NCBI GenBank assembly: GCA_000697335.1
Contig: JNEM01012111.1
Location: 1-32,030 of the forward strand
DNA length: 32,030 nt
Direction: 5' to 3'
Source: Conidiobolus incongruus B7586
Taxonomy: Eukaryota
In this document: positions 1-11,338 of the stretch, piece by piece
How the letters are laid out: each line of letters starts with the position of its first letter
Numbering within the stretch: the first letter of the stretch is position 1
Notes under the pieces: generated by a model
The model's database searches: none
Told to the model about the DNA's origin: nothing
Seen by the model: the letters and a program-made list of their open reading frames with translations, nothing else
Program-made: the position numbers and the translations under genes

Positions 1-12
1 TAGTATAAATAT

Positions 13-1289
13 TATTACTATATATTTTAAAAAATGGGAATTTTTTATAATTAAAAATAAATAAATATTTTAATATATGATATATAAAAATTAATAAATA
101 ATATAAATTTAATAGTTTTTTTATTATTAATAACTTTTTGCTATACTTTTAACAGACTTCTAACACTTAAAAAATAACTCTTTTTATTAAAGACTAAAAT
201 TTAATTTTTATAAACTAATTAAATTTTTTTCTTATAAGATAATTTTTTAACTACCTAAAGTAATTATAATTATATAAGTTATTATCTAAAGAATATACTA
301 AATATAGTAGTTTTTTCTAGTTATTTTTAATTAAAGAATTTCTTATAGTTTTAAATTTATATATTTTATAATTATTATGTAAAATAATAAGTTTTCTTAA
401 ATTTATATTAAAAATACTAATTAAAAATAATTTTATTTAAAAAAGCAATATAAAGTTTATTAATAATTAACTTTCCTTTAAAATTTAAATAAAAATAAAA
501 TATACTATTATAATTTATCATAATAAATAATATTTGTTTATTAATAAAATTTTTATTTAAAAAGGTTTATAAAGTAGGTTAATTTAATTTAATCTAATAT
601 TTTAATTTGTATTTTAATAAAAAATTATATATAAAAATTTAAAATTTATCAATTATAATTATTCATTATAAAAACTTAAGTTTCTAATAATATTTTGATA
701 AGTTTTGTTTAATAACAACTACTTTATCTTTTTTTTAAACTTTAATTAAACTATAAAATACTTATATTTTTATTTATCAATTTAAGTTTAAATTTTAATA
801 TATATAATACTTATAAAACTAATATTAAAATATTTAGAAAACTTTTTAACTAAAATAAAAAGGTATTTTTTAAAATATTTTTTTTACTCTATTAATAAAT
901 AGAAAAATAATAATTAAAGTTAGTTTTTTAAATTTTAATAAATATTAAATAGTTTTTCTTTTAATTTTATAATTTATTTAATAATAAATAGTTGATTTAA
1001 ATAATATTTCATTATTAAAAGCTACTTATAAATTTTAAATAATTTTAAAAGATTTATGGTTAAGTTATATTGATACTAAAATAAAAAACTTTTAATAATT
1101 ATTATTTAGTTTAAACATGATTAAATTAAATAACTAATTTTAAAAAATTAATTTTTTAATCAAAAAAAAATATAATATATATAATTTAAAAATATATAGT
1201 TTTTTATTTAATTATATATTTAAAACTAATAATATATTTGAAAAATCACAAATTAAACAATTTCCCATTATTTTAAATTTATGATAATA
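13..1289 (-). mobile_element. Full-length, heavily mutated mariner (Tc1/mariner) DNA transposon, copy 1
   Basis: Reverse complement aligns with the mariner at 8011-9335 (e.g. 81-310 with 9020-9260, and 1228-1289 with 8011-8075). Degenerate ~28-bp TIRs are TATTACTATATATTTTAAAAAATGGGAA (13-40) and TTCCCATTATTTTAAATTTATGATAATA (1262-1289), with TA at both ends. Length ~1.28 kb. Confidence 0.8.
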
Positions 1290-1575
1290 AATTATAACTT
1301 ATATAATTATAGTTTTTTTAAGCAATTATAAAATATATTTATAAAAAAAAGAAAATTTCTACAAATAAATTTAATTGGTTATATAATATTAATTTTTAAT
1401 CTCTAATAAAAAGAATTGTTTAAGTATTAAAAGTTTGTTGAAAATATAGTAAAAAGTTATTAATAATAATAAAAAAGAATTATTTTTATAATATATATTT
1501 TGTAAATAATATATTAACAATTTTAATATGAATTTGATTCTAAAAAAGTCTCATTACTTAAAATTTAGAATATTA
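1288..1575 (+). mobile_element. 3' fragment of the same mariner family (copy 2), cut by copy 1
   Basis: 1289-1470 aligns with 9041-9220 (decayed transposase C-terminus from the YSPD-region onward). A 3'-TIR-like CTCATTACTTAAAATTTAGAATATTA lies at ~1550-1575. Confidence 0.7.
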
Positions 1576-1814
1576 ATTAAAAATAAGATATACAACCTAG
1601 ATTGATATTAATATAAACCAAATTTATTAAACATTTGAATATATTATTATTGGGCCTGATAAGTGCAGAGTATTAATAGCAAATTCTTAATTTGTATTCA
1701 TCATCACACCAGTATATTGAAATATATCAATTTTATATTAATAGAAAAAAAATAAATTATATATTAAAATCAATTAATTAAAAATATTATATTATCATTA
1801 AAAAGTGGTTTAAA

Positions 1815-4800
1815 TTAATCATCAGCACCTTGCAAAAGAGCTCTCAAGGCCATCATTTGGTCAGAATAGTGACGGACTACCTCATCGTACTTTTGATCTA
1901 CATTGGATTGTGATCTGGTGGTTTCTCTCTCGATTTGACAGATATGATCAGAAGTCTTCAAAGCCAAATCTAGTAAAGATTTGTATTCGGAATAAGAGTA
2001 CCAAATGCCTTGTTCTTGAATTTTAGCGCAGAATCTATTCAATTGTAAGTCATAGAGGTCATAAAACTGTTTAGCTAAATTGAGATTGTTGTTCAATTTC
2101 AAATTGGTTAAATTTTGTTGTAATGAAGATAAATTCAATCTCATCTTTTTTAAACCTAATTCAGACATAATTCGAATATCGCGCACATTCGTTATTAACA
2201 TGTTAGACAAGAGCTTTGATATATATTGGAATACGAATTCTATATCTTTTTCTTCCAAATATTGACTTAATAATCCTTGACCAGTTGTTAAATCCATGTT
2301 CAAGTTCAAAATATAACTGTCAGGTTCGATCTCGCTATCGGCTGTGAGATAATAATCACCTTCTCTTAACGCCAAATCCAAAAAGTACATACAATGGCAA
2401 CGGAATTCAACTCTCAAAGTGAAGAGACATTTATCTGAAAGTCCTTTAACCTCTTTCAAAAGATTGTCGATATTACTTGAAAGATTAGCTTTATCGTTGG
2501 AACCATTTTTATCTTTCGAATCCTTCAAGAGGGATCCAACTTCGTAAGCAAAGCACTTTAAACTATGACCTAAAGATGCTAAAAGAGAAAGTTTTTTCGT
2601 ATCGAATAATAACTCTGAAAGGTGTAAAGAACGACGATGTTTTAGACCCAATTCAATACTCATTTCTTGATTATTAAATAATTCTTCCTGTTCTGTATTT
2701 GGTGGCATATGAGGCGATTTGATATAAGTGTAAGCTGTTAAAATATTATAAAGCTCGGGTGACTGCGCCCATTGTGCACTATTGATCATCTTGTTGGTAT
2801 CTTGTTCGTCAGATGAAGGTCCTACAGATACTAATGACTTAAAGAATTGAGAACTTTTATCTAAAAAGGAAGTAATGACAAATTCCAAAATTGGCAAAAA
2901 CTCTTTATGATTAAAAGGAAGAGATCGGAAGATAGTACAGAGATCACGCATTAAGCCTAATAGGTCACTCACACATCTAATCAATGGCTTTTTATGGAGG
3001 GAGGAGAGTTCATGACCGACTTGAAATGCATTGGGAGTAATAATTGCTGAGCTGAGTAGGTATTGAGCATGTAATTCCATTTTAGGTAGAAATTGCTTGC
3101 TGATGAATCTACTTAAGAATTCATGTGATTGGTTGGTTTGGGTTTGATCAAAGTTACCGATACTTTCAATTTTGTCCACAAAATCTAAAATGGGCTTAAT
3201 CAAAATAGAAAGGTTATAGACATGAGGAGTGATCAATAAACGACGACCAGAATCAAAGGAATTGGAGGAATATTGGTCTACAGTAATGGAAGCAAGCTGA
3301 GAAGATTGTAATTTACTTTTGGCGGCATCTGAGAAATAATCTTCAATTGTAAGTTGACCAGTTGATCGCATTACTCTATCATAAACTTTTGAATAGATTT
3401 CGTCCATTAACTGATCATTAATCATTTGTTTGGAGAGCTGTGTTTCGTGAAATGAAGATCTCTCTTTGACGTGAGGATTTGGTTTAATTCTAGCATCAGA
3501 AAATTTGAAGATTGATTTCTTATGATCTCTTTGAGTAAATCCTCTTTTCATAGATTCATTAATATGGGTCATAATATCTTGGATACCACTCATAGTAAAA
3601 TCATCACCATCAGTTCCCATTACGTAGTCGTGTAAAAACCGTTGAATTTCATTTTGCATAGATATCCATATTTCGTTAATGGAATATTTTGAGTCAAAAT
3701 TTGGCTGATTGACGCCAATGTCTTTAATTAACAATTGAATAAAACGATGATTAGCGAAAACATACTCAAATTTCTGAAGTAGACGGCTCGCGAGAGTATT
3801 TAAAATCTCAACTGAAGACTTGCGATTGTCAACCGAGATTGAAGTACTTACATAATTTCCTTTAATATTCTTAGTTTTAATTTGACCCTTTTCTAATCTA
3901 AAATATTGATATTTCAATATTCTAAATGAAATAGCAATTTAAATAAAGAAATAATTACTTGTTTTTAACTTCTTCGACAGTCTTATCGACCAATTGATAC
4001 AATTCAACATGTGCTCTAGTTTTGATTATCTAAAACATTAATATATTATTAGAATACAGTTAAATTTATAAAAAAGATATAAATTACATCGGTTCCTTCA
4101 TTTAATTTTCCAATTTGATAAAGACCATTGACCAAAATAGAAATAAATTTCAAAGAATCGGCTTCGGGATCTAGGGATAGATCTTCTTCCAACTATAAAA
4201 AGAATGAATATGATAAAATGAGTATAGGAAATTTGATGTTACTGATATAAAGTTATAATTTGCAGAATTTGACAATCTTCTATTTTCCTTGTTGTTAAAA
4301 GGATTGGTATTTGATAAATAGTTTATAATCGTATCTATATTATGATAATGTACATGAATTCACACGTATTAGATAAAAATTTAAATTTTAAATACCTTGG
4401 AATTTGGCTGGATTGCTATTAAATAAATAAAAATGTTAATATATCTATTAATTATTGAACATGGGGTAATATTTACTTCAAGCTACCGAAGTTATCTAAA
4501 ACAGAGGTTAAATTAGTATATGAGTTTTTAAATATTGACTGTAATTGGATTCCTACCAAATTCTTCTTTAAGATGAATTTTCATATAAACGTGGTTGTGG
4601 ATATCTTCAACAAGAGTATTATGAAGATTCTAAAATTATCAATAATATCTCATTAGTTTGATGAGTGATTAAAGCATTTAATGAATGTAAAATTTTTACA
4701 TTTTTAATCTTTAATAAAGTTCTCCTTAAACCGGAAGTAGCTTCAATGGGCTTCAATTCCACAGAATCCAGATCTTCTAACGTATTTAACAATAACTGAA

Positions 4801-5611
4801 TAGCCATTTTGTAATACTTATCACGAATTAATTGCTCGATCTTCTCAGGTGTTTTCTTTAAAGAGTCTCTATTTATATAATATAATTAATAATATTGATA
4901 TTTACACAATTGATTAATATTACAATTTATCTAGAATTCTTAACATTTCTTTATATTGTTTAGCCTTATTCCATAAACCATTCAAATCAGCCCTCTTAGT
5001 TTGTAAAATATCTTTCGTTTGGAGCAGTTGAGTCTTAATATGTTGAACAGTATCTTTGGTATAGCCTAATTCTTGTTGAACACCAGTGAAAATAGTGGTA
5101 GTGGTATTAAATTGTCTATAATTGGCTATATAATACTATTAATACAGTAATTCTTAAGCATAAATTCTTAATTCACCATTGACAACTTCTTCAACTGTTT
5201 TATGAATTTTTTTCAATAAATTTGAGAATTGATGCTGATCTTTTCCTAAAGAACTACCATCAGTTAAATCCAAAGCTAAAGGAACTGGGTTGAACTAAAT
5301 AAGGAATAGCATATTAGTATAAAATATCTATTGAAAAAATGTATATTTTTCTGAATATCAATCCGACTAACCTGCTCTGAACTGAGCATAGACCAATCTT
5401 TGTTAACTTCATTTAATGCAGCTATTATTGCTCAAAAATTAATATAAATTACAAAATGCTTAATATTTTAAATACCTTGAGCATTATTTAACCAATCACC
5501 TCTAGATTGAGAATGTGGAGTATTATTAATATTTTGTGATTGATTAGCAAAAGTAGAACTCGAATTATAAGGTGAGGGATCAGCAAAGGTGGGAGGTTTT
5601 TTATAAGCCAT
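1815..5611 (-). CDS. SEC8: Exocyst complex subunit Sec8 (multi-exon; large last exon within ORF 1815-3917)
   Basis: ATG at 5611 (MAYKKPPTF...). Spliced exons give Sec8-like motifs FNPVPLALDLTDGSSLG, NTLVEDIHNHVYMK, LDPEADSLKFISIL and C-terminal CLFTLRVEFRCHCMYFL...EPDSYILNLN. Several short GT-AG introns lie at 3920-5475. Exact internal exon borders were not all verified. Confidence 0.9.
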
Positions 5612-7441
5612 AATTTCAATATTTATTTAAATATATTATTATTGTTTTTAAAATTAGTGTTGTTATTCAATATTCATTGTAAATAATTTTATTCAATCTT
5701 ATGATTTTAAGTGACTTAATTTTAAAATTAAATTTAATTCATTTCAACTAATTTTTTGTTTATGGGTTTTTGAGGAATCGATTAAAACAATATATTCAAA
5801 AAATTAAAGTTATACAGCGAAATATCCAGTGGATTCAAATTTTATTATGTAAATTATATAATAAATAATCAGCTATAATTTATACTTATTTCAATAATAG
5901 TGTATGAAATTTATAGAATAAATTTTAGTCATTAGAATACAATGTGTGTCAGAGTGTTAGCATGATAAACATTACTTTCATTATTGACACCTTGAAACTA
6001 AAAATATTTGATTTTAAAATAAAAAATATTATGTATCTTAATTAATAATTGAATTTTTCATTAAGAGATTATTGTCTAAATATTATAATATAATATAATA
6101 ATATTTCTAATTAAAGTATTGCTATATATGAATTTTTTAAGATAAAATGAAATTTATCAATTAAATATTCTCAATCATAATTTTGAAAGCTTAAATTTGA
6201 TCATTTAATATTTGATTAAACTTATTAAATTAGTATAATTTAAGATATTTAATTATTTTTATTTTATAGCGAGTCAATTACCATTAAAATGAAAAAAGAT
6301 TGACAACAACTTTGCAAAATATAAATGTTTATTATTCTAGTTATTTGTCCTCTTTTAATAAACATTCTTTTAAGTTTTGTTAGTAATATATATATACATA
6401 TGATATCCTTAAAGTTAAAAATTAAATTAAAAATACTGTGAACTATAAATTTGTTAAAAATTCATACTATCATTATGTAGTTTGAATTTAACTATAATTT
6501 CATAATGAATATATATTTGAGTTAATAATATATAATAAGATCCACTTAAGTTTGTAAATTATAGGTCAAAAATGAAAATTTTGCAAATTGATAATGACAG
6601 CTGTAAATGTTAGAGGAAATAAACTTTTAGAGTTTAAACAGGGAATCACCAGTGGTAAATTTTAGGTTACTACACAATTAAGGGAAATTAACATGGTTCA
6701 CCAAATTAGGTGAAAGTAGCTTACTGCAAATCAGGTTCTTTGAATAAAGTAAATATCTCACATTCATCACAATTCAATACTTTTGTGAGAGTTACAAGAA
6801 AAACTTAGAGACTAGATAATTTTGAAAATAAAGATAAAAGAATATGTTCATTAGTTTGCTTGTGATAATTTTATATTAGTTTTAATTATGAATATTTGTG
6901 AATATATATGCTTAACAAGCAAAAAATGATGAATTTAACTAGTTTATAAAATGAAGCACTTTTAATATAACTTCTTGTATTAGTATGATGACTAGAGTTT
7001 CTTAAGTGATAAACACAACTATTTCCCATAAATAAGATTATATGATTGTGATATCAATATTATATTTTAAATAAATTCTATAAATTATTATTAAATATAT
7101 AAATATAACAGAAATAAAATTTAATGCGTGTATTTTATCTTATATAATTCATTTCAAATCAATTAATATTTATAAATAATTTATGATAAAATATATATTT
7201 TTAATTTTTATTAATATTTACATTTATTTAAAGTAGATTTTATAATATTAGAATGGTAAATTAACTATTTGTAAATATTATATAAAAATTTATTTATTGG
7301 TTGATATTCAAAAATATTCTTCTAAATTTAAAATTATTTTAATTTATATTTCCAAAAATGGTTACTTTTCAATTAATATAAATTATAAAATAAATAACTA
7401 ATTAAATCAATTTTTAATCTAAATTATTTTTATCTTTATAT

Positions 7442-7778
7442 AATTATAGATCAGGAGGTTTGCTCATCTTTTAATTTTAATTATCTATCAATATTCCAAA
7501 TATAATCTAATTATAAATATCAAGAACAATCCTTGCATAATGGAAAATTTTAAACTATAACAAAAGTTAAAACTTTAATATATTAGCTAAAGATTAATTA
7601 CACTATAAAATAGTCATTGGATAGATATTTGCTAAATGATTACTTTGATCAAGGTTAAACCCTATATTTTGATATTTTAATAAAACTCCTCTAAAGTATC
7701 TAGTTAGCTATCTTTAACCTATTTTATTAAACTCATACGAATTTTATTATAAGACTATTTTCCAAAAGCCTTATAATA
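7442..7778 (+). repeat. LTR-like direct repeat, copy A (heavily C>T/G>A mutated)
   Basis: Ungapped 337-bp alignment to 11874-12210. My hand count is 63 mismatches, 54 of them C>T or G>A in this copy. It retains TATAAAA (7604) and AATAAA (7679). Confidence 0.85.
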
Positions 7779-8010
7779 TTATTAAAACAAAAATAAAAAT
7801 ATAATAATAATTTAAAACTAAAATTATAATTATAAAAGCTAGTAATAATAATAACTAAATAAGATTATTAATTATTACTCTAAAAGTAAATAAAAATATA
7901 ACTAACAAACTTAAATAGTTTAATATCTATATAACAAATATTCATTATACTATTGATAATAAATATATTATAATAAGATTATAGCTAATTATATATCTTA
8001 AATTATATAA

Positions 8011-9335
8011 TATTAATATGGAAATTAAGAAATGGTATATTTTTTAATTTTTGATCTTTCAAACATATTATATATTTTGAAAGATTTTATATATATAAAA
8101 TATATAGGAAAATAAATATTTTCAAACTATATATATATATTCAATTTTAATTATTTTTTTTATTAAAATATTTTGATTTTAAAATTTATACTTAAATTTA
8201 ATTATACTTAAACTAGATTGTGATTATCAAAAGGTTTTTATTTTTATATCTTTAAAACTTAACTATAAACCCTTTAAAATCATCTAAAACTTTTAAATAG
8301 CTTATAAAGATTGTTTTTTATCTAAAACTACTATATATCACTAGATTAAATGATTTTAAAGCTAGAAAAAATATTATTTAAAATTTATTAAAACCTAAAA
8401 GATTAATTTTTATTATTAATCTTTTATTTATTAATAAAGTAAAAAATTAAATTAAGAAATATTTTTTTATTTTTGTTAAAGAATTATTAAAGTAATTTAT
8501 TATTAATTATATAAGCATGTTATATTTACTTAAGTTTAAACTTAGATTAATTAATAAAAATATAAAATAGATATCTTATAATTTAACAAAAGCTTAAAAA
8601 AAACTAAAATAACTATAGTTAAACTAAACTTATTAAGATATAACTAAAAACAAAGGTTTTTATAATAAATACTTATAATTAATGAATCTTAAATTCTTTT
8701 ATATAATTTTTTACTTAAAAATAAAACAAGATGTTGGGTTAAGTTAAATTAATCCTTTTTATAAATTTTAATAAATAAGTACTTTAATTATAAATATATA
8801 TTATTTATTATAATAAATTATAATGATATATATTTTTTTTATTTAATATCTCAAGGAAAATTAATTAATAATAAATTATATATTATTTTTTTAAATAAAA
8901 TAATTTTTAAATAGTGTTCTTAATATAAATTAAAAAGATTTATTATTTTACATAATAACTATAAAATATATAAAATTAAAGCTAAAAAAATTTTTTATAT
9001 AAAAAAATAAAGGGAGTTACTATATCTAATATATTCACTTAATTATAATTTATGTGATTATAATTGTTTTAAATAATTAAAAAATAACTTGCAAAAAAAA
9101 AATTCTTGCAAATAAATTAAATTAGTTTTTGAAATATCAAATTTCAGTCTTTAATAAAAAGAATTATTTTTTAGGTATTAAAAGCTTATTAAAAGTATAG
9201 AAAAGAGTTATTAATAATAAAAGAGGCTATTAATTTTATATTATTCATTAATTTTTATATATTATTTATTAATTTATTTATTTAATTTTAATTTTAATTT
9301 TAAAATTATGCTATTACTTAATTTTTATACTAATA
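8011..9335 (+). mobile_element. Full-length mariner DNA transposon, copy 3 (TA...TA, 1325 bp)
   Basis: 29-bp inverted repeats including the TA: TATTAATATGGAAATTAAGAAATGGTATA (8011-8039) versus the reverse complement of 9307-9335, TATTAGTATAAAAATTAAGTAATAGCATA (6 mismatches, 5 transitions). Excision restores the frame of the surrounding ORF. Confidence 0.9.
8219..9233 (+). pseudogene. Mariner transposase pseudogene
   Basis: Decayed mariner motifs: HTH region AYKDCFLSKTTIYH*IK*F (~8300-8355); NES*I = DESWI (8681); LHNN = LHDN (8948); YSLNYNLCDY = YSPDxxPCDY (~9032-9061); GIKSLLKV*KRVINNKRGY* (to 9233). The second and third catalytic Asp positions are 34 codons apart. Confidence 0.85.
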
Positions 9336-10431
9336 TTAATATTTATAATAATGAGAAAATAATTGGTAATAATTACTTATCATAAAATGAGATAGATAAA
9401 AATAAAGACAAGATTAGAATTAAAGTATATAATAAGTTTATAAAGTGTATAGAGAGCAAAGATATCAAAGTTATTTTACGGAATAATTTTTATAAATTTA
9501 TAAATAATAATCTAATTTCAAATACTATGATGAATTTTAAAGATAATGGTATAATTAAGATTAAACTAATATTTTTTATGATAAATCTTAAAGATAATGA
9601 ATTTTATCAAAGACATATAATAAATATATATAACCAACTCAATAAATGTCTAATAATAATAGCATAATTAAAATTATAATAGAATAATATAAGAGAAAAA
9701 ATAACCAAGGTATGTGTAGTATGTTTTACTAATATTATGGTGTTTATTTATTGTCAATGGTAGAATTCACTAATAGATAAAATATAAGGTGGTTATGAAA
9801 TTATAAATAAATTAGATAAAATAAAGAAACTATTAGGTAATTATAGTTTGTATGATATGCTAATTAAACTTATTACAATAATTAGAAAGGATGAAAGAAT
9901 TACTATTTATAATAGATAGCATAATGGTAATAATTTAATATTGGTTCTTGGAGTAAAAGATGGATTATATCCAAGTAAACCAAAACACTCATTAATGGAT
10001 TATGGATTTGGATCAATAATAACTAGGTATTTGGGATAACCAAAGTCTTATAATTACAATAATAGACCACTAGCTAATATTATTCAAGATAAAGATATTA
10101 CACAAGAGATTGATTATATTACCAAATTATTATATAAATTGTCAATACAATCAAGAGATTATAAACCATGTTATAATATTTTAGTTTCTGGAAAAGAATA
10201 TAAAATAGTTGGTATTGGATCTATCATATTTAGAAATAAAAAATACACATGCTGTGAGATGGAAACTAGTGAGAAGGTTAGATGTGGTAAGAGTTTAACA
10301 GCAATCCTAGAAGGTAGTACTATACATATATGGATAAGAGTAATAAAAATTGTTAATCATAGCAATAATAAAGATGCTGTTTGTGAAAGTATTATATAAA
10401 ATCTATTTATTAGTTTTAAAAGTAATAAATA

Positions 10432-10928
10432 TTATAAACCTTTACCAAAACTCTTAAAAAGAACTTTAAAGTAATCCGATGTAAAAATTTTGCAATTAGC
10501 ACCTATAACACCACCACCATATTTAAAATATCTAGCACCATATTTATATTTTTTACTATTTTTTATAAATTCCTCATAATTAAGTCTAATTTCAGCCTCT
10601 GACACATTTATAGTGAATCGAGAATTTTTTGTTCTTTTATTACACCTTCTCGTATACGACTTCTGAGATTATTAAGATCATAATTAGGAACGTACTCTAT
10701 TTTTGATCTATTCCATATACCTTCTCTAATAGTCATATCAGGTGGAATACCATTTACATAATCTAAATCCATCATTATTCCTATATCTCCATCATCCCCT
10801 GGAGATAATATTATAGCATGATGACCCATATTTATACCTAAAGTTGTTTTTACTTGATAATATGTATCAACATCCCATAAAGATGAAACTACAGATGTTA
10901 TATATAAAATGAATGAAAATAAAAACAT
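10432..10928 (-). CDS. Secreted permuted papain-like (NlpC/P60-permuted, PPPDE/LRAT-type) peptidase/amidase-like protein, ~165 aa, with one frameshift in a homopolymer
   Basis: Signal-peptide-like MFLFSFILYITSVVSS and His motif MGHHAIIL. Adding one base to the T6 run at 10625-10630 extends ORF 10608-10928 to ...NSRFTINVSEAEIRLNYEEFIKNSKKYKYGARYFKYGGGVIGANCKIFTSDYFKVLFKSFGKGL*, which contains the NCxxF motif. Intronless. Confidence 0.55.
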
Positions 10929-10957
10929 TTTATAGTAAATAATTCAAATTATATAAA

Positions 10958-11338
10958 ATGGGAAATAATCAATCTAAGAAAGAAAATAATCAATATAAAA
11001 AGGAAATTAATCAATGGATGAAACTAATGCTTAATAAACATTCACAAAAATTATTAAATGATGAAACATTTATGATTATAGCACCTAAAAGGGATTTATA
11101 CATAAGACCAAAAGATATAGATAAAATTAATAATAAATGGTATTTTCCAGATAAATAGAAGGACCCAGATACAGTATCAAGAGTTGTTGATACATGTAAT
11201 AATGGTTCCATGGACTTCATTATCGTGGCACTTCAAAAAGATGCATGTGTGCAAGTAGGTGAAATTTATGCATTTATCGGTAATTATAAATTTATTAACC
11301 ATAAACCATTTCTTAACAATATTAAATTCTTTACATAA
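10958..11338 (+). pseudogene. Small intronless ORF (~126 codons) with N-myristoylation signal and one in-frame TAG
   Basis: Starts MGNNQSK (MGxxxS/K consensus). After the TAG at 11156-11158 (one transition from TGG or CAG) the frame stays open for 59 more codons (KDPDTVSRVVDTC...KFFT*). Confidence 0.5.

Larger units (their letters stand above)
7781..10399 (+). pseudogene. Degenerate ~430-codon ORF, putative Rep_trans-like rolling-circle initiator, interrupted by the mariner at 8011-9335
   Basis: One frame runs 9338-10399 (354 codons, 8 internal stops, all TAA/TAG). Removing the mariner plus one TA joins 7781-8012 in frame. Motifs in order: ITNIHYTID (7931-7957), KIRIKVYNKF (Tyr 9428-9430), GIIKIKLIF (9548-9574; GITRIELTF after reverting three transitions). 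The ORF track shows only the last 86 aa (10139-10399). The ORF itself is well supported; the family assignment is inference. Confidence 0.6.

Noticed and set aside
6560..7050. Slightly GC-richer block with a frame reading ...RK*TFRV*TGNHQW*ILGYYTIKG..., possibly a decayed gene
   Set aside because: Many stops and no motif I can assign with confidence. It needs blastx.
7781..10399. Alternative genetic code (TAA/TAG read as Gln) to explain the in-frame stops
   Set aside because: Neighbouring host genes terminate at TAA/TAG. Several stops sit where Trp fits better, and missense transitions accompany them, so mutation is the simpler explanation.
11011..11220. Listed minus-strand ORF (69 aa)
   Set aside because: Antisense shadow of ORF 10958-11338.
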